From NCBI GenBank assembly GCA_963737655.1, contig CAVTTN010000002.1, positions 4,928,001 to 4,992,000 on the forward strand: a stretch of DNA of 64,000 nt, given 5' to 3'. A program made the translations under genes and the position numbers. Below, piece by piece: positions 48,333 to 59,800 of the stretch. The notes under the pieces were generated by a model. It was not told the origin of the DNA. It saw nothing but the letters and a program-made list of their open reading frames with translations, and made no database searches. Origin of the DNA: an uncultured Planctomycetota bacterium (lineage in GTDB: Bacteria; Planctomycetota; Planctomycetia; Isosphaerales; Isosphaeraceae). The stretch's first letter is position 1, and each line of letters opens with the position of its first letter.

Positions 48333-50241
48333 GGGCAAGCTGCCGATGATCCTGCTCGGCCTCCTGGTCGGGGGGGCGGTCGTCGTCGCGGCGACCGTCC
48401 CGGGGGTCAAGACCACCTTCGCCGGCCTCTGGAAGTCGCCCACCTCCCAGATCGTCCGCTACAAGGTCACGGCCCAGAAGCTGCCGGTCACCGTCGTCGA
48501 GCGCGGCAACCTCGAGAGCGCCAACAACGCCGACGTGATCAACAAGGTCGAAGGCCAGACGACCATCATCTTCATCAAGCCCGAGGGGTCGCAGGTCACC
48601 AAGGGGGAGCTCGTCGCCGAGCTCGACTCCGCCTCGCTCCGGGACAACCTGATCACCCAGGAAATCTCCACCCGGCGGGCCGACGCCGACTATCAGAACG
48701 CCGTGAAGACCCGCGAGGTCGCCGAGATCGGCGTCCAGGAATACCTCAAGGGCACCTATCCCCAGCAGGAACAGCAGATCCAGGGCGACATCAAGCTCGC
48801 CGAGTCCGACCTGGCCCGCGCCAAGGACCGCTACGACTGGTCCAGCCGGATGTTCGACATCAAGTACGTCTCCGAGTCGCAGAAGATCGCCGACAAGATG
48901 TCCCTGCAGAAGGCCGAGATCTCCCTGACCAACTCCCGGACGAAGATGAACGTCCTCCAGCAGTTCACCCGGCTGAAGGACGTGACCGAGCTGGAGGCCA
49001 ACGTCAAGAAGGCCAAGTCCGACGAGCTCGCCAAGGAGTCCACGCTCTCCCTGGAGAAGACCAAGGAAGCCAAGCTCCGCAAGCAGATCGAGGAATGCAA
49101 GCTCTTCGCCCCCGGAGACGGCCTGGTCGTCTACGCCAACGACAACAACCAGATGCGCGGCAACAACGCGCCGACGATCGAGGAAGGGGCCTCCGTCCGC
49201 GAGCGGCAGAAGATCTTCAGCCTGCCGGACATCACGAAGATGAGGGTCAACACCAAGGTCCACGAGTCGATGATCAACCAGGTGGCCCGGGGCCTGAAGG
49301 CCAACATCAAGGTGGACGGCCTGCCCAACCTCCGGCTCTTCGGCACGGTCCAGTCCGTCCAGCCCCTGCCCGATCCGGGGAGCTGGATGAGCTCGGACGT
49401 GAAGATGTACACCACCCTGGTCTCGGTCGATGGCCACAACTCGCTCCTCCGGCCCGGGATGACCGCCCAGGTCGAGATCCTGATCGCCGAGCTCCCCGAG
49501 ACCACGCTCGCCGTCCCCGTCCAGTCGATCCTCCAGGCCGAGGGCAAGGACTACGTCTTCGTGATGGGCGCCGACGGCAAGTACGAGAAGCGCGAGATCG
49601 AGACCGGGGTGAACAACCAGAAGCTCGTCGAGATCAAGAAGGGGCTGAAGGCCGGCGAGGAGGTGGCGATGAACTGGAGCCTCCTGCTGACCGAGGAGCA
49701 GAAGAACGCCCTGTTCAACAACTCGAAGAACTCGGGCAAGGCCGGGACCGACTGGAACGCCATCCCCGGCAAGAACCCGACGACCGCCCCCGTGGCCGAC
49801 GCCAAGGGCAAGGCCGGGGCCGCCGGCGGGCCGGGAGCCGGAGGCGGCGAGCCGGGCAAGGCCCAGGTCAAGGGCGCCCGCGGCCAGTTCAAGATGTTCC
49901 CCGACGACCCGGCGCTCCAGGCCAAGGTCGACAAGATCCCCCGCGAAGATCGCATGAAGCTCCGCCAGGCCACCGAGGAGGAGAAGTCCGAGATCTTCAA
50001 GAAGGCCGGACTGAGTGAAGACGAGGTCAAGAAATACCAGGACGCCGCCGCGGCGATGATGGAACGGATGCGCGCCATGGGCGGCGCCGGCGGGCCGGGC
50101 GGCGGCGGGTTCGGAGGTGGCGGACCCGGCGGCGGTGGCCCCGGCGGTGGCGGCGGGTTCGGAGGTGGCGGACCCGGCGGCGGTGGCGGGTTCGGCGGCG
50201 GTGGCCAGGGCGGACCTGGCGGAGGAGGGCCCCCCCGGTGA
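48229..50241 (+). CDS. Efflux periplasmic adaptor (MacA/HlyD family) with Gly-rich C-terminal tail
   Basis: GGAGG 6 nt before ATG 48229; TM anchor; EGSQVTKGELVAELD, LFAPGDGLVVY, LRPGMTAQVEI and GLKAGEEV motifs. Confidence 0.9.
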   Translation: MNFSLQTTPGEASPPPATADLPAAERPSPRKRGGKGKLPMILLGLLVGGAVVVAATVPGVKTTFAGLWKSPTSQIVRYKVTAQKLPVTVVERGNLESANNADVINKVEGQTTIIFIKPEGSQVTKGELVAELDSASLRDNLITQEISTRRADADYQNAVKTREVAEIGVQEYLKGTYPQQEQQIQGDIKLAESDLARAKDRYDWSSRMFDIKYVSESQKIADKMSLQKAEISLTNSRTKMNVLQQFTRLKDVTELEANVKKAKSDELAKESTLSLEKTKEAKLRKQIEECKLFAPGDGLVVYANDNNQMRGNNAPTIEEGASVRERQKIFSLPDITKMRVNTKVHESMINQVARGLKANIKVDGLPNLRLFGTVQSVQPLPDPGSWMSSDVKMYTTLVSVDGHNSLLRPGMTAQVEILIAELPETTLAVPVQSILQAEGKDYVFVMGADGKYEKREIETGVNNQKLVEIKKGLKAGEEVAMNWSLLLTEEQKNALFNNSKNSGKAGTDWNAIPGKNPTTAPVADAKGKAGAAGGPGAGGGEPGKAQVKGARGQFKMFPDDPALQAKVDKIPREDRMKLRQATEEEKSEIFKKAGLSEDEVKKYQDAAAAMMERMRAMGGAGGPGGGGFGGGGPGGGGPGGGGGFGGGGPGGGGGFGGGGQGGPGGGGPPR

Positions 50242-51008
50242 TCGCTTCCGGCAAGCCGATCGTCCGACTCGTGGACGTCAAGAAGACCTACATCATGGGC
50301 CACTCCCCCTCGCGGGGAGGGCCCAAGGAAATGGTCACGGTCCACGCCCTCCGGGGCGTGTCCGTCAACATCATGCAGGGCGAATACGTCGCCATCATGG
50401 GCCAGTCCGGCTCCGGCAAGAGCACCATGCTCAACCTGCTCGGGTGCCTGGACCGGCCCACCAGCGGCCAGTACCACCTGGGAGACCAGGACGTCGCCCG
50501 GCTCGACGACGACGAGCTCAGCGAGGTCCGAAGCCGCTACATCGGCTTCATCTTCCAGTCCTACAACCTGATCCAGCAATACACCGTGGTGGAGAACATC
50601 CAGCTCCCCCTGACGTATCAAGGATCGGGCCAGATCTCCGACGAGGACCAGGAACGCACCTTCGAGCTGGCCCGGCTCGTCGGCCTGGATACCCGCCTGG
50701 GCCACCGCCCCAACCAGCTCTCCGGCGGCCAGCAGCAGCGCGTGGCGATCGCCCGGAGCCTGATCAACGACCCCTACATCATCCTGGCCGACGAGGCGAC
50801 GGGCAACCTCGACTCCGCCACCAGCCAGGAGATCATGGTCATGCTCGGCAAGCTCAACGACGCGGGCAAGACCATCATCATGGTCACCCACGAAGACGAC
50901 ATCGCCGCGTATGCCAAGCGGGTCATCAAGATGAGGGACGGCGTGATCATCGAGGACGGCCCGAGCCCGAGGATGCTCGCCGCCGCCGGGATGGCCGCCG
51001 CCTCCTGA
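50238..51008 (+). CDS. ABC transporter ATP-binding protein (MacB/LolD family)
   Basis: GQSGSGKST Walker [29 protein letters not shown] and VTHE motifs. Confidence 0.97.
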   Translation: MIASGKPIVRLVDVKKTYIMGHSPSRGGPKEMVTVHALRGVSVNIMQGEYVAIMGQSGSGKSTMLNLLGCLDRPTSGQYHLGDQDVARLDDDELSEVRSRYIGFIFQSYNLIQQYTVVENIQLPLTYQGSGQISDEDQERTFELARLVGLDTRLGHRPNQLSGGQQQRVAIARSLINDPYIILADEATGNLDSATSQEIMVMLGKLNDAGKTIIMVTHEDDIAAYAKRVIKMRDGVIIEDGPSPRMLAAAGMAAAS

Positions 51009-51086
51009 TCCGTCGCCGAGCGAGCCCGATCGACCCTCCCCACCCCTTCCCTTCCCTCGCCGCCTCTCCCGGAGAGCCCGACCGCC

Positions 51087-52382
51087 ATGGGACGCTTCGT
51101 CCGCAGCGTGAAACTCGGCATGAAGAGCCTGATGCTCCACAAGCTCCGCTCGGGGCTGACGGTCCTGGGGATCGTCTTCGGCGTGGCGGCCGTGATCGCG
51201 ATGCTGGCCATCGGCGAGGGGGCCAGCCGCGACGCCCAGGAGCGCTATCAGGCCCTCGGCGCCGTCAACATCATCGTCAAGTCCCAGAAACCGACCGAGG
51301 AGAGCCAGGCCGCCGGAGGGCGGCCGGCCCGAATCCTCAACTACGGGCTGAAGTACGAGGACCTCGACCGACTCCTGACCACCATCCCCGGGATCCAGAA
51401 GGCCCTGTCGATCCGGGAGATCCCCAACAAAGAAGTCCGGCGGCTCCAGTACAAGATCGACGCCCGGGTCGTGGGCACCACCCGCGACTACGCCGACTTC
51501 AACCACCTGACGATGGCCCAAGGGCGATTCCTCTCGGCCACCGACGACGACAAGATCGAGAACTTCTGCGTCCTCGGGGCCGAGGTCGCCTCCACCCTCT
51601 TCCCCTACGAGAACCCCCTGGAAGACGAGCGGGGGAACGCCCGGGCCGTGAAGATCGGCTCGGATTATTACGTCGTGATCGGCGTGACCAAGGACCGCGA
51701 CCCCTCCGCCTCGATCGGCAGCAGCCTGGTCGGCCACGACTACAACCGCGACGTCTACATCCCCATGAGCACGTGCAAGTCGCGGATGGGCGAGAAGATC
51801 CTCGACTTCCGCTCGGGCTCGATGTCCGCCGAGGAGATCCAGCTCAGCCAGATCACCCTCCAGTTCGAGAACACCGACGAGGTCGAGAAGCACGACTCGA
51901 TCGTGCGGAAGACCATCGAGCCGTTCCACCCGAAGAAGGACGTGCAGTTCACCGTCCCCCTGGAGCTGATCAACGAGGCGAAGCGTTCGGCCCGGATCTT
52001 CAGCATCGTCCTGGGGGCGATCGCGGCGATCTCCCTGATCGTCGGCGGGATCGGGATCATGAACATCATGCTGGCGACGGTGACCGAGAGGACCCGGGAG
52101 ATCGGCATCCGCCGCGCCCTGGGGGCCAAGCGGCGGGACATCACCGAGCAATTCCTGATCGAGTCGGTGGTGCTCTCCGGGGTGGGCGGCCTCCTCGGCG
52201 TGATCCTGGGCGTCGGCGTCCCGTACATCATCGTGTACTTCGCCAGCATGAAGGCGTTCGTGACGACCAGCTCGGTCTTGCTGTCGTTCGGGATCTCGGT
52301 GGCGATCGGCGTGCTCTTCGGCCTGTACCCGGCGACCCGGGCGGCGAAGATGGACCCGATCGAGGCCCTCCGCCACGAATGA
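51087..52382 (+). CDS. ABC transporter permease (MacB/FtsX family)
   Basis: HKLRSGLTVLGIVFGVAAVIAM, VGGIGIMNIMLATVTERTREIGIRRALGA and YPA.RAAKMDPIEALRHE motifs. Confidence 0.97.
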   Translation: MGRFVRSVKLGMKSLMLHKLRSGLTVLGIVFGVAAVIAMLAIGEGASRDAQERYQALGAVNIIVKSQKPTEESQAAGGRPARILNYGLKYEDLDRLLTTIPGIQKALSIREIPNKEVRRLQYKIDARVVGTTRDYADFNHLTMAQGRFLSATDDDKIENFCVLGAEVASTLFPYENPLEDERGNARAVKIGSDYYVVIGVTKDRDPSASIGSSLVGHDYNRDVYIPMSTCKSRMGEKILDFRSGSMSAEEIQLSQITLQFENTDEVEKHDSIVRKTIEPFHPKKDVQFTVPLELINEAKRSARIFSIVLGAIAAISLIVGGIGIMNIMLATVTERTREIGIRRALGAKRRDITEQFLIESVVLSGVGGLLGVILGVGVPYIIVYFASMKAFVTTSSVLLSFGISVAIGVLFGLYPATRAAKMDPIEALRHE

Positions 52383-52665
52383 CGGCCCCGGGCCCGGCCC
52401 GGCCCGCCCCGGCGATCCATCGGCGGGGGCTTGGGCTTGCGTCGGCCCGACGCGGCGACTAGGCTTAGAACCAGAATGACCGCGGCCCGGGCGAAGGCGC
52501 CCGGAGTCGCGGTGTTTGCTTAGAATGTCCGACCGAGGTCCTGTCCGTCCCCTGATCGCCTCCGGATCGCGAACACGGGAGCCCCCCGAGAGAGAGGCCG
52601 GACCCGCCCCCAGACCCCCGGTTCCGGGCCGTCGGCGGCGTCCCTTGAGTTTGGAGCAGAACGGC

Positions 52666-53145
52666 ATGTCCAGCGATCGCATCCCCATGTCCAAGGAAGG
52701 CTATGACAAGCTCAAGGCGCAGCTCGACGAGATGAAGAACGAGGACATGCCTCGGATCGCCGAGCAGATCGCCCAGGCCCGCGCCTTCGGCGACCTCTCG
52801 GAGAACGCGGAGTACGACGCCGCGAGAGAGGCCCAGGGGATGCTCCAGGCCCGGATCAACGACCTCCAGGACAAGCTCGCCCGGGGCATGATCGTCGATC
52901 GCTCCAACCTGCCCACCGACCGCGTCGTCTTCGGCTCGAAGGTCCGCGTCCTGGACCTCGACCTGGACGACGAGGAGGACTTCATCCTCGTCGGCCCCGG
53001 CGAGGAGGATTACGACCAGAACAAGATCCTCCTGACCAGCCCGATCGGCCAGGGCCTCGTCGGCAAGAAGGTCGGGGAGGTGGCCGAGATCGCCGTCCCC
53101 CGAGGGACGCTCAAGCTCCGGATCCTCGAGATCGGCGTCGCCTGA
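52666..53145 (+). CDS. greA: Transcription elongation factor GreA
   Basis: [25 protein letters not shown] and [13 protein letters not shown] motifs; ATG 52666 after GGAG. Confidence 0.97.
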   Translation: MSSDRIPMSKEGYDKLKAQLDEMKNEDMPRIAEQIAQARAFGDLSENAEYDAAREAQGMLQARINDLQDKLARGMIVDRSNLPTDRVVFGSKVRVLDLDLDDEEDFILVGPGEEDYDQNKILLTSPIGQGLVGKKVGEVAEIAVPRGTLKLRILEIGVA

Positions 53146-53803
53146 CCCTCCCGAACTTCCCCTCGCCTCGCGCCGCCTCGGGCCCCCGGCCCGACGCCAG
53201 CCGAGGTCCGCTCCCGGCCCGACCCGGCTTCCCCCCCATTCGACGCTCCGCCCGGGCCCTCGCTCGTCGGGGACCGGCCCCAGGGACTCGAAGTCCCGTC
53301 CCCCCGTCGTGAGGGGCGCTGCGGAGACGGCTCGCGCCCGCCCCGGGTCGGTCCGGCGTCCGGTCGATTGGACATATTCCGCGAATCGTCCTAAACCTGG
53401 GATGTCCGGTCGCTTAAGCCTGGCCTCGCCGACGGGTCGCCGAACCTCCGCGCCTCGAACCTCCGCCGGAGGCCGAGTCGGACACGGCGCCGCCCGGATT
53501 CCCTTCGCGAGTTGACCGAGGCCCCCGGATGTCATAAGTCCCAAGAGCAGAGCGGCCGAGTGCCGCGCGAAGAGGCGCGGGACGCGCCCGGCTCGGTCGC
53601 GGATTCTCGCGGACCGGGTCGGTCGGTCAGTCGGGCATGGTGGCCCCGATCTCGCCGGATCGATCCGCCATCGAGAGCGGCTCCGCCTCGTTTCGCGCCG
53701 GGTTTCCCGCCGGCGCCGGGACCCGGCGCGCGCGGCCCTCGACCTCGGCCCCATCGCTAGCGGGCGCCGTTGACGCACACCCCCTACCGAGGTCTGAATC
53801 ATC

Positions 53804-56800
53804 ATGAATCCGAAGCGATCCAACCCCGTCCCCCGCCCCAGCCGCCGAGACCGCCAGCGCCTCCGTCGCGGCCTCGCCCTCAACTCCGGCCTGCCCTCGC
53901 GGATCGAGGACCTGGAGAGCCGAAGCCTGATGGCCGTCCTGACCTGGACCGGCGCCGCCGAGGTCATGAACTCCTCGTTCAATGGCTTCACCTCCGATTG
54001 CGGGGGCACCACCAACTGGCAGGGCAACGTGGTCCCGGCGGCCGGCGATACCCTGATCTTCCCCCAGGGCGCCGACTACATCGGGACGATCGTCAACGAC
54101 ACCGCGGCCGACACGGCCTACACCCTCCAGTTCTCGGGCGAGGGCTACGACCTCACCGGGAACGACATCGATCTCAACGGCCTGACCGATTCGACCACGC
54201 CGGTCTCGATGACCGGCAACACGATCGAAGCCGGCCTGGCGCTCTCGACCGATCAGACGATCGAGGTCACCCACCTCGGCGAGACCCTGGACATCAAGGG
54301 CGCCATCTCCTCCTCCGACTCCAACTCGCTGACCAAGACCGGCTCGGGCGTCCTGGCGTACACCGGCTGCTCGGTCAACACCTACGGGGCCACCTACGTC
54401 CAGGACGGCGGCCTGCTTCTGAACCGGATGATCGCCGGCGGGTCGATCCCCGGCGACCTGACCGTCGGCGACGGCGAGGGGCTCGCCGGATCGGCCGGGG
54501 TGGACGTCGGCCCGTCGGCGACGGTGGCCCAGTTCGCGACCCTCTCGGCCATCACGGTGAATTCCGACGGCTTGCTCAGCTTCCACTCGTCCCTCAACGA
54601 GTCCCTGGGCGACCTGTCGATCAACGACGGAACGGTCTCGCTCCTCAACGTCAGCTCGACTTCCGGGATCAGCGTCCTGACGACCACGATCGACGGCTCG
54701 AGCAGCCAGATGACCTCCAACGGAGGCAGGCTGACCCTCGGCGGGACGTTCGCGGTGACCTCGGGCTCGCCGGAGATCTCCGCCGACATCGCCCTGAACG
54801 ACGACGCCCGGGTGATCGCGGTCTCGTCCGAGGCGAGCCTGACCCTCTCGGGCATCCTCTCGCCCGGGACCGCCGAGACCGGCGGGATCGAGGCGGTCGG
54901 CCCGGGGACGCTGAGCCTGACCGGGGCCAACAGCTACACCGGGACGACGAAGGTCGATGACGGCACGCTCGCCCTGGCCCACGTCGGAAGCCCGACGATC
55001 CAGGGGCCTCTGGTCATCGGCGACGGCATCGGCGCCGCGAACTCGGCCGTGGTGACCTCTCCCGGAGGCCAGATCGGCAGCGGCCAGTCCCTCTCGATCA
55101 ACTCCGACGGCAAATTCCAGATCCTCGACGGCGGCTCGGAAGACCTCGGCAACCTCACGATGACCGAGGGGACGGTGGAGGTCGGCTCGCTGACCTCGGC
55201 CGAGCTGACGATCGGCTCGCTGACCCTCGGCGGCACCGGATCGAGCATCACGGGAAGCGGGACGCTCTCCCTGGGAGGCGCCGTCAGCGTGACCGGCGGG
55301 TCGTGGACGATCGGCACGAACGTCGCCCTGAATCATAATTCGCGGCTGATCTCGATCGACCCCGAGGCGGCCCTGACGATCTCGGGAGTGGCCTCGGCGG
55401 GCACGGCCGGCGACGGCGGCATCGAGAAGGCCGGCTCCGGCTCGCTGACCCTCACCGGGACGAACACCTACACCGGCACCACTCTTGTCGATGACGGCAC
55501 GCTCGCCCTGGACGACACGGACGGCGCCGCGATCCAGGGGCCGCTGGTCATCGGCGACGGGATCGGCGCGAGCCTCTCGGCCGTCGTCACGACGATCGGC
55601 GACCAGCTCGCCGGGACGCCCGACGTGACGGTCTACGGCGACGGCCTCTTCTCCTTCCTCTCGGCGGCGAGCGAGACGCTCGGCGGCCTGATGATCTCGG
55701 GCGGCGAGGTCGATCTCGGCGCCGGAGGGGAAGCCTCGATCGCCTCCACGGCGATCACGCTCGACGGCACCGGCAGCGCGATCCTCGGCTCCGGGACGGT
55801 GATCCTGAACGGGGCGGTGACCGTCGAGTCCGGCTCGACCTCGATCGCGCCGGCCGTCTCCCTGAACGACAACGCCCGATCGATCTCGGTGGCCTCGGGC
55901 GCGGGCCTGACGATCTCCGGGGTGATCGCGCCCGGGACCGCCGCGATGGGCGGGATCAAGAAGGCCGGCGATGGCACGTTGACCATCTCCGGGACCAATA
56001 CCTACACCGGGACGACGGAGGTCGATGACGGCACGCTCGCCCTGGCCAACTCCATCGGCGCCTCGATCGCGGGGCCTCTGGTGATCGGCGACGGGATCGG
56101 CGCCCCGGATTCGGCGGTCGTCACCACCCTCGGCGACCAGCTCGCCGGCTCCCCCGCCGTGACGGTCAACAGCGACGGCCTGTTCCTGTTCGACTCCAAG
56201 GCGAGCGAGGTCGTCGGCGCCCTGCTGATCCAGGGGGGCACGGTCGATCTCACGAGCGACCCGAGCGACTCGATCACGCCGACCTCGCTGACCTTCGGCA
56301 CCGGCGGGGGCCAGATCCTCGGCGGAGGGCCGACGTACCTGAGCAGCGACCTGAACGTCTCGGCCGGCGCGGTCACCATCTCCGCCGGGCTGGTCCTGAA
56401 CGACGACGCCCGGGTCGTCTCCGTGTCGCCCGGGGCGACGCTGAGCGTCTCCGGCGTGATCTCGGCCGGGACCGCGATCTCCGGCGGGATCGAGAAGACC
56501 GGGGGAGGAACGCTGATCCTCTCCTCCTCGAACACCTTCACCGGCGACGTCCTGGTCGATGACGGCACGCTCGTCCTGGACAGCGAGACCGGCTCCTCGG
56601 TCCTGGGCGACCTGGTCGTCGGCGACGGCCTCGGCGGTTACGAATCGGCCGTGGTCACCAGCACCGGCGGGCAGATCGGCGACCCGCCGACCCTCACCGT
56701 CAACAGCGACGGCTTCTTCGAGGTGCTCCCCGGCGCGACCGAGACCTTCGGCGACGTGACGGTCCACAACGGCGTGATCCAGGTCGATTCGGGGGCGAAC

Positions 56801-59800
56801 CTCTCGTTCCCGACCGGCACCCTGGACCTCTACGGGGGCACGATCACCGGCGCGGGGAGCATCAACCCGGGCCTGGTCATCAACAGCTACGCCACGGGCG
56901 GGCTCGCCTCGATCACCGTCTCGACGATCAACCAGACCTACAACCAGGCGGTCGACTACAACGTCGAGTACGACGGCCCCGGCTACGCCCAACTGACCGT
57001 CACCTCGACGATCTACGGAGTCGGCCTGACCAAGACCGGCGAGGGGAACCTGTCCCTCGACGGCACGAGCTACTACTACGGGACGACCGACATCCTCGAA
57101 GGCTCCGTGTACGTCGATGGCTCGATCGCCAGCTCGTACGTCCTCCTGGACGGCGGGGGCCTCCTGGGCACCGGCCAGGTGGGACAGGTCGGCTCCGAAG
57201 GAGAAGGCGGCTATCTCCATCCCGGCGACGACCTCGGCACGTTGAGCTCGTACAGCGTCTCGCTCGACCCCACGATCGATTTCGCCGTCGATCTCCGGAG
57301 CCCGAGGAGGGGCAGTTCAGCCAGCTCTCGGTGGCCGGGACGGTCCAGCTCAACGACGCCACCCTCGACGTGTACTTCCCCGAGACGCCCCCGATCGGGT
57401 CAACCTTCACGGTGATCGAGAACGACGGGTCCGACCCGATCCTCGGCGAGTTCAACAACGTCCCCCAGACGCCCAAGGGCGTGGTCCTGAACCTGGACGG
57501 CGACCCGGATTACTATGGGGGCCAGAGGCTCCTGGCCAACTACAATGGCGGGGACGGCAACGACTTCACGCTGACCGTGGTGGCCCCGGCGATCGCCAAG
57601 GACGAGACCGAGTCCCTGGCCGAGAACTCGGGCCAGCCCGGGAGCGTCCCGAGCTCGCCGCCGACGTTCTTCGTCTCGGCCCCCGGCGTCCTGGCCAACG
57701 ACGTCGATCGCAATGACCTGCCCCTCCGCGCCAGCTCGTGACCGGCCCGCTGCACGGGACGCTCACGCTCAACGGAGACGGCTCGTACACCTACGTCCCG
57801 GCCCTGGGCTACACCGGCACGGACAGCTTCACCTACTTCGCCGCCGACGCCCTGTTCCACTCGACCGACCCGAACGCCGCCCAGGCCGACGCCAGCGCCT
57901 TCGGCACCGTCACGTTCTTCATCAACGCCACCGCCAACAGCCCGGTGGCCAGCGACGACTCCGCCACCGCCCAGGAGAACCAGCCGTTCCTCTCCGAATT
58001 CCCGGGCGTCCTGAGTAACGACTTCAGCCCCCAGGGCCTGCCGATGACGGCCAGCCTCGTGGCCAACGCCACTCACGGCTCCGTCTCGCTGGACCCGGAC
58101 GGCACCTATGTCTACTTCCCCTCGCCCAATTACACCGGGTCCGACTCGTTCACCTATGTCGCCGTGGACAGCAACGGCTACTCCAGCCCGGTGGCCACGG
58201 TCCACCTCGTCGTGATGCCCGTGGATCAGCCGCCGACGGCCTCCGACGTGAGCTTCTCGACCAACGAGGACGCCCCGCTGAACGTCGCCGGTCCCGGCCT
58301 CCTGGCCTTCGCGACCGACCCCGACACCGCCGTCAGCGACCTCCGGGCGTTCGTGGTCAACAACCCGTCTCACGGCTCGGTCACCCTGAATCCCGACGGC
58401 TCGTTCTCGTACCAGCCGGACCCGCTGTTCCAGGGCACGGACAGCTTCTCCTACCGGGTCTTCGACGGCACCCTGTACAGCGACGTGGCCACGGCCTTCG
58501 TTTCGGTCAACTTCGTCGATCACGCCCCGACGGCCCGCGACGACGCCTACGTGTCCTCCGAGGACTCCTCGCTCTCGATCCCGGCCGGATCGGGCGTCCT
58601 GGCCAACGACTCCGACCCGGACAACAACCAGTTCGCCGAGGGCGTCCAGACCCTCTCGACGATCCTCGTCGATCAGCCGCTCCACGGGACCGTCTTCCTC
58701 AACTCCGACGGCTCGTTCGATTACTTCCCCAACGACCCGCTCTATCACGGGCTGGACTCGTTCAGCTACCGGGCGACCGACGGCACGCTCTCCAGCAACC
58801 TGGCCACGGTCACGATCGCGATCAACTCGGTCGATCACGCCCCGATCGCCTTGCCCGACTCGTTCACGACGAACGAGGACGCCCCGCTCGTGGTCGCCTC
58901 GCCCGGCGTCCTGGGCAATGACTTCGACCCCGACAACACGCCGGACGCCCCCGACGCCCAGACCCTCAGCGCCTTCCTCGTGGACGGCCCGAGGCACGGG
59001 ACCGTCTCTCTGAACTCCGACGGCTCGTTCACTTACATCCCGGACGCCCACTACTACGGCCCGGACCGCTTCACGTACCAGGTCTCCGACGGCCAGACCC
59101 TCAGCGACGTGACCATCGCCAACCTGTTCGTCAACTTCGTCCCGACCGCGCCGACGGCCTCCCCGATCGCCTTCACCGGCGTCGAGGACTCGACGATGAC
59201 CGTCCTGGCCCCGGGCGTCCTGCTGACCGACTCCAACCCCGACGGCGACCTGCCGACGATCGTCGTGGACGACGCCCCCCAGCACGGCGAGCTCGTCCTC
59301 TTCCCCGACGGCTCGTTCACCTACGCCCCGGCGGCCAATTACAACGGCCCGGACAGCTTCACCTATCACCTCGTGAGCGCCTCCGGCCTGACCAGCGCCC
59401 CGGCCACGGTCTCCCTGAGCCTGATGGCCGTCCCCGATGCCCCGGTCGGCACCCCGGACTCGTACTCGACCAACGAAGGCTCGCCGATCACCGTCGGCGC
59501 CGGCGGCGTCCTGGTCAATGACGTGAACGTGGACGGCGACACGCTCCGGGCCGAACTCGTCTCCGCCCCGGCTCACGGGACGGTCTCGCTGAACCCCGAC
59601 GGGACGTTCACCTACACCCCGGCGGCATACTTCCACGGGACCGACACGTTCTCCTACGTGCCGGTGAACACCACGCTCTCCGGCTCGCCCACCGTGGTCA
59701 GCCTGACGGTCAATTTCGTGCCGACCGCGCCGACGGCCGCGCCCGACAGCTTCTCGACCAACGAGGACTCGTCGCTGACGGTCTCCGCCCCCGGCATCCT

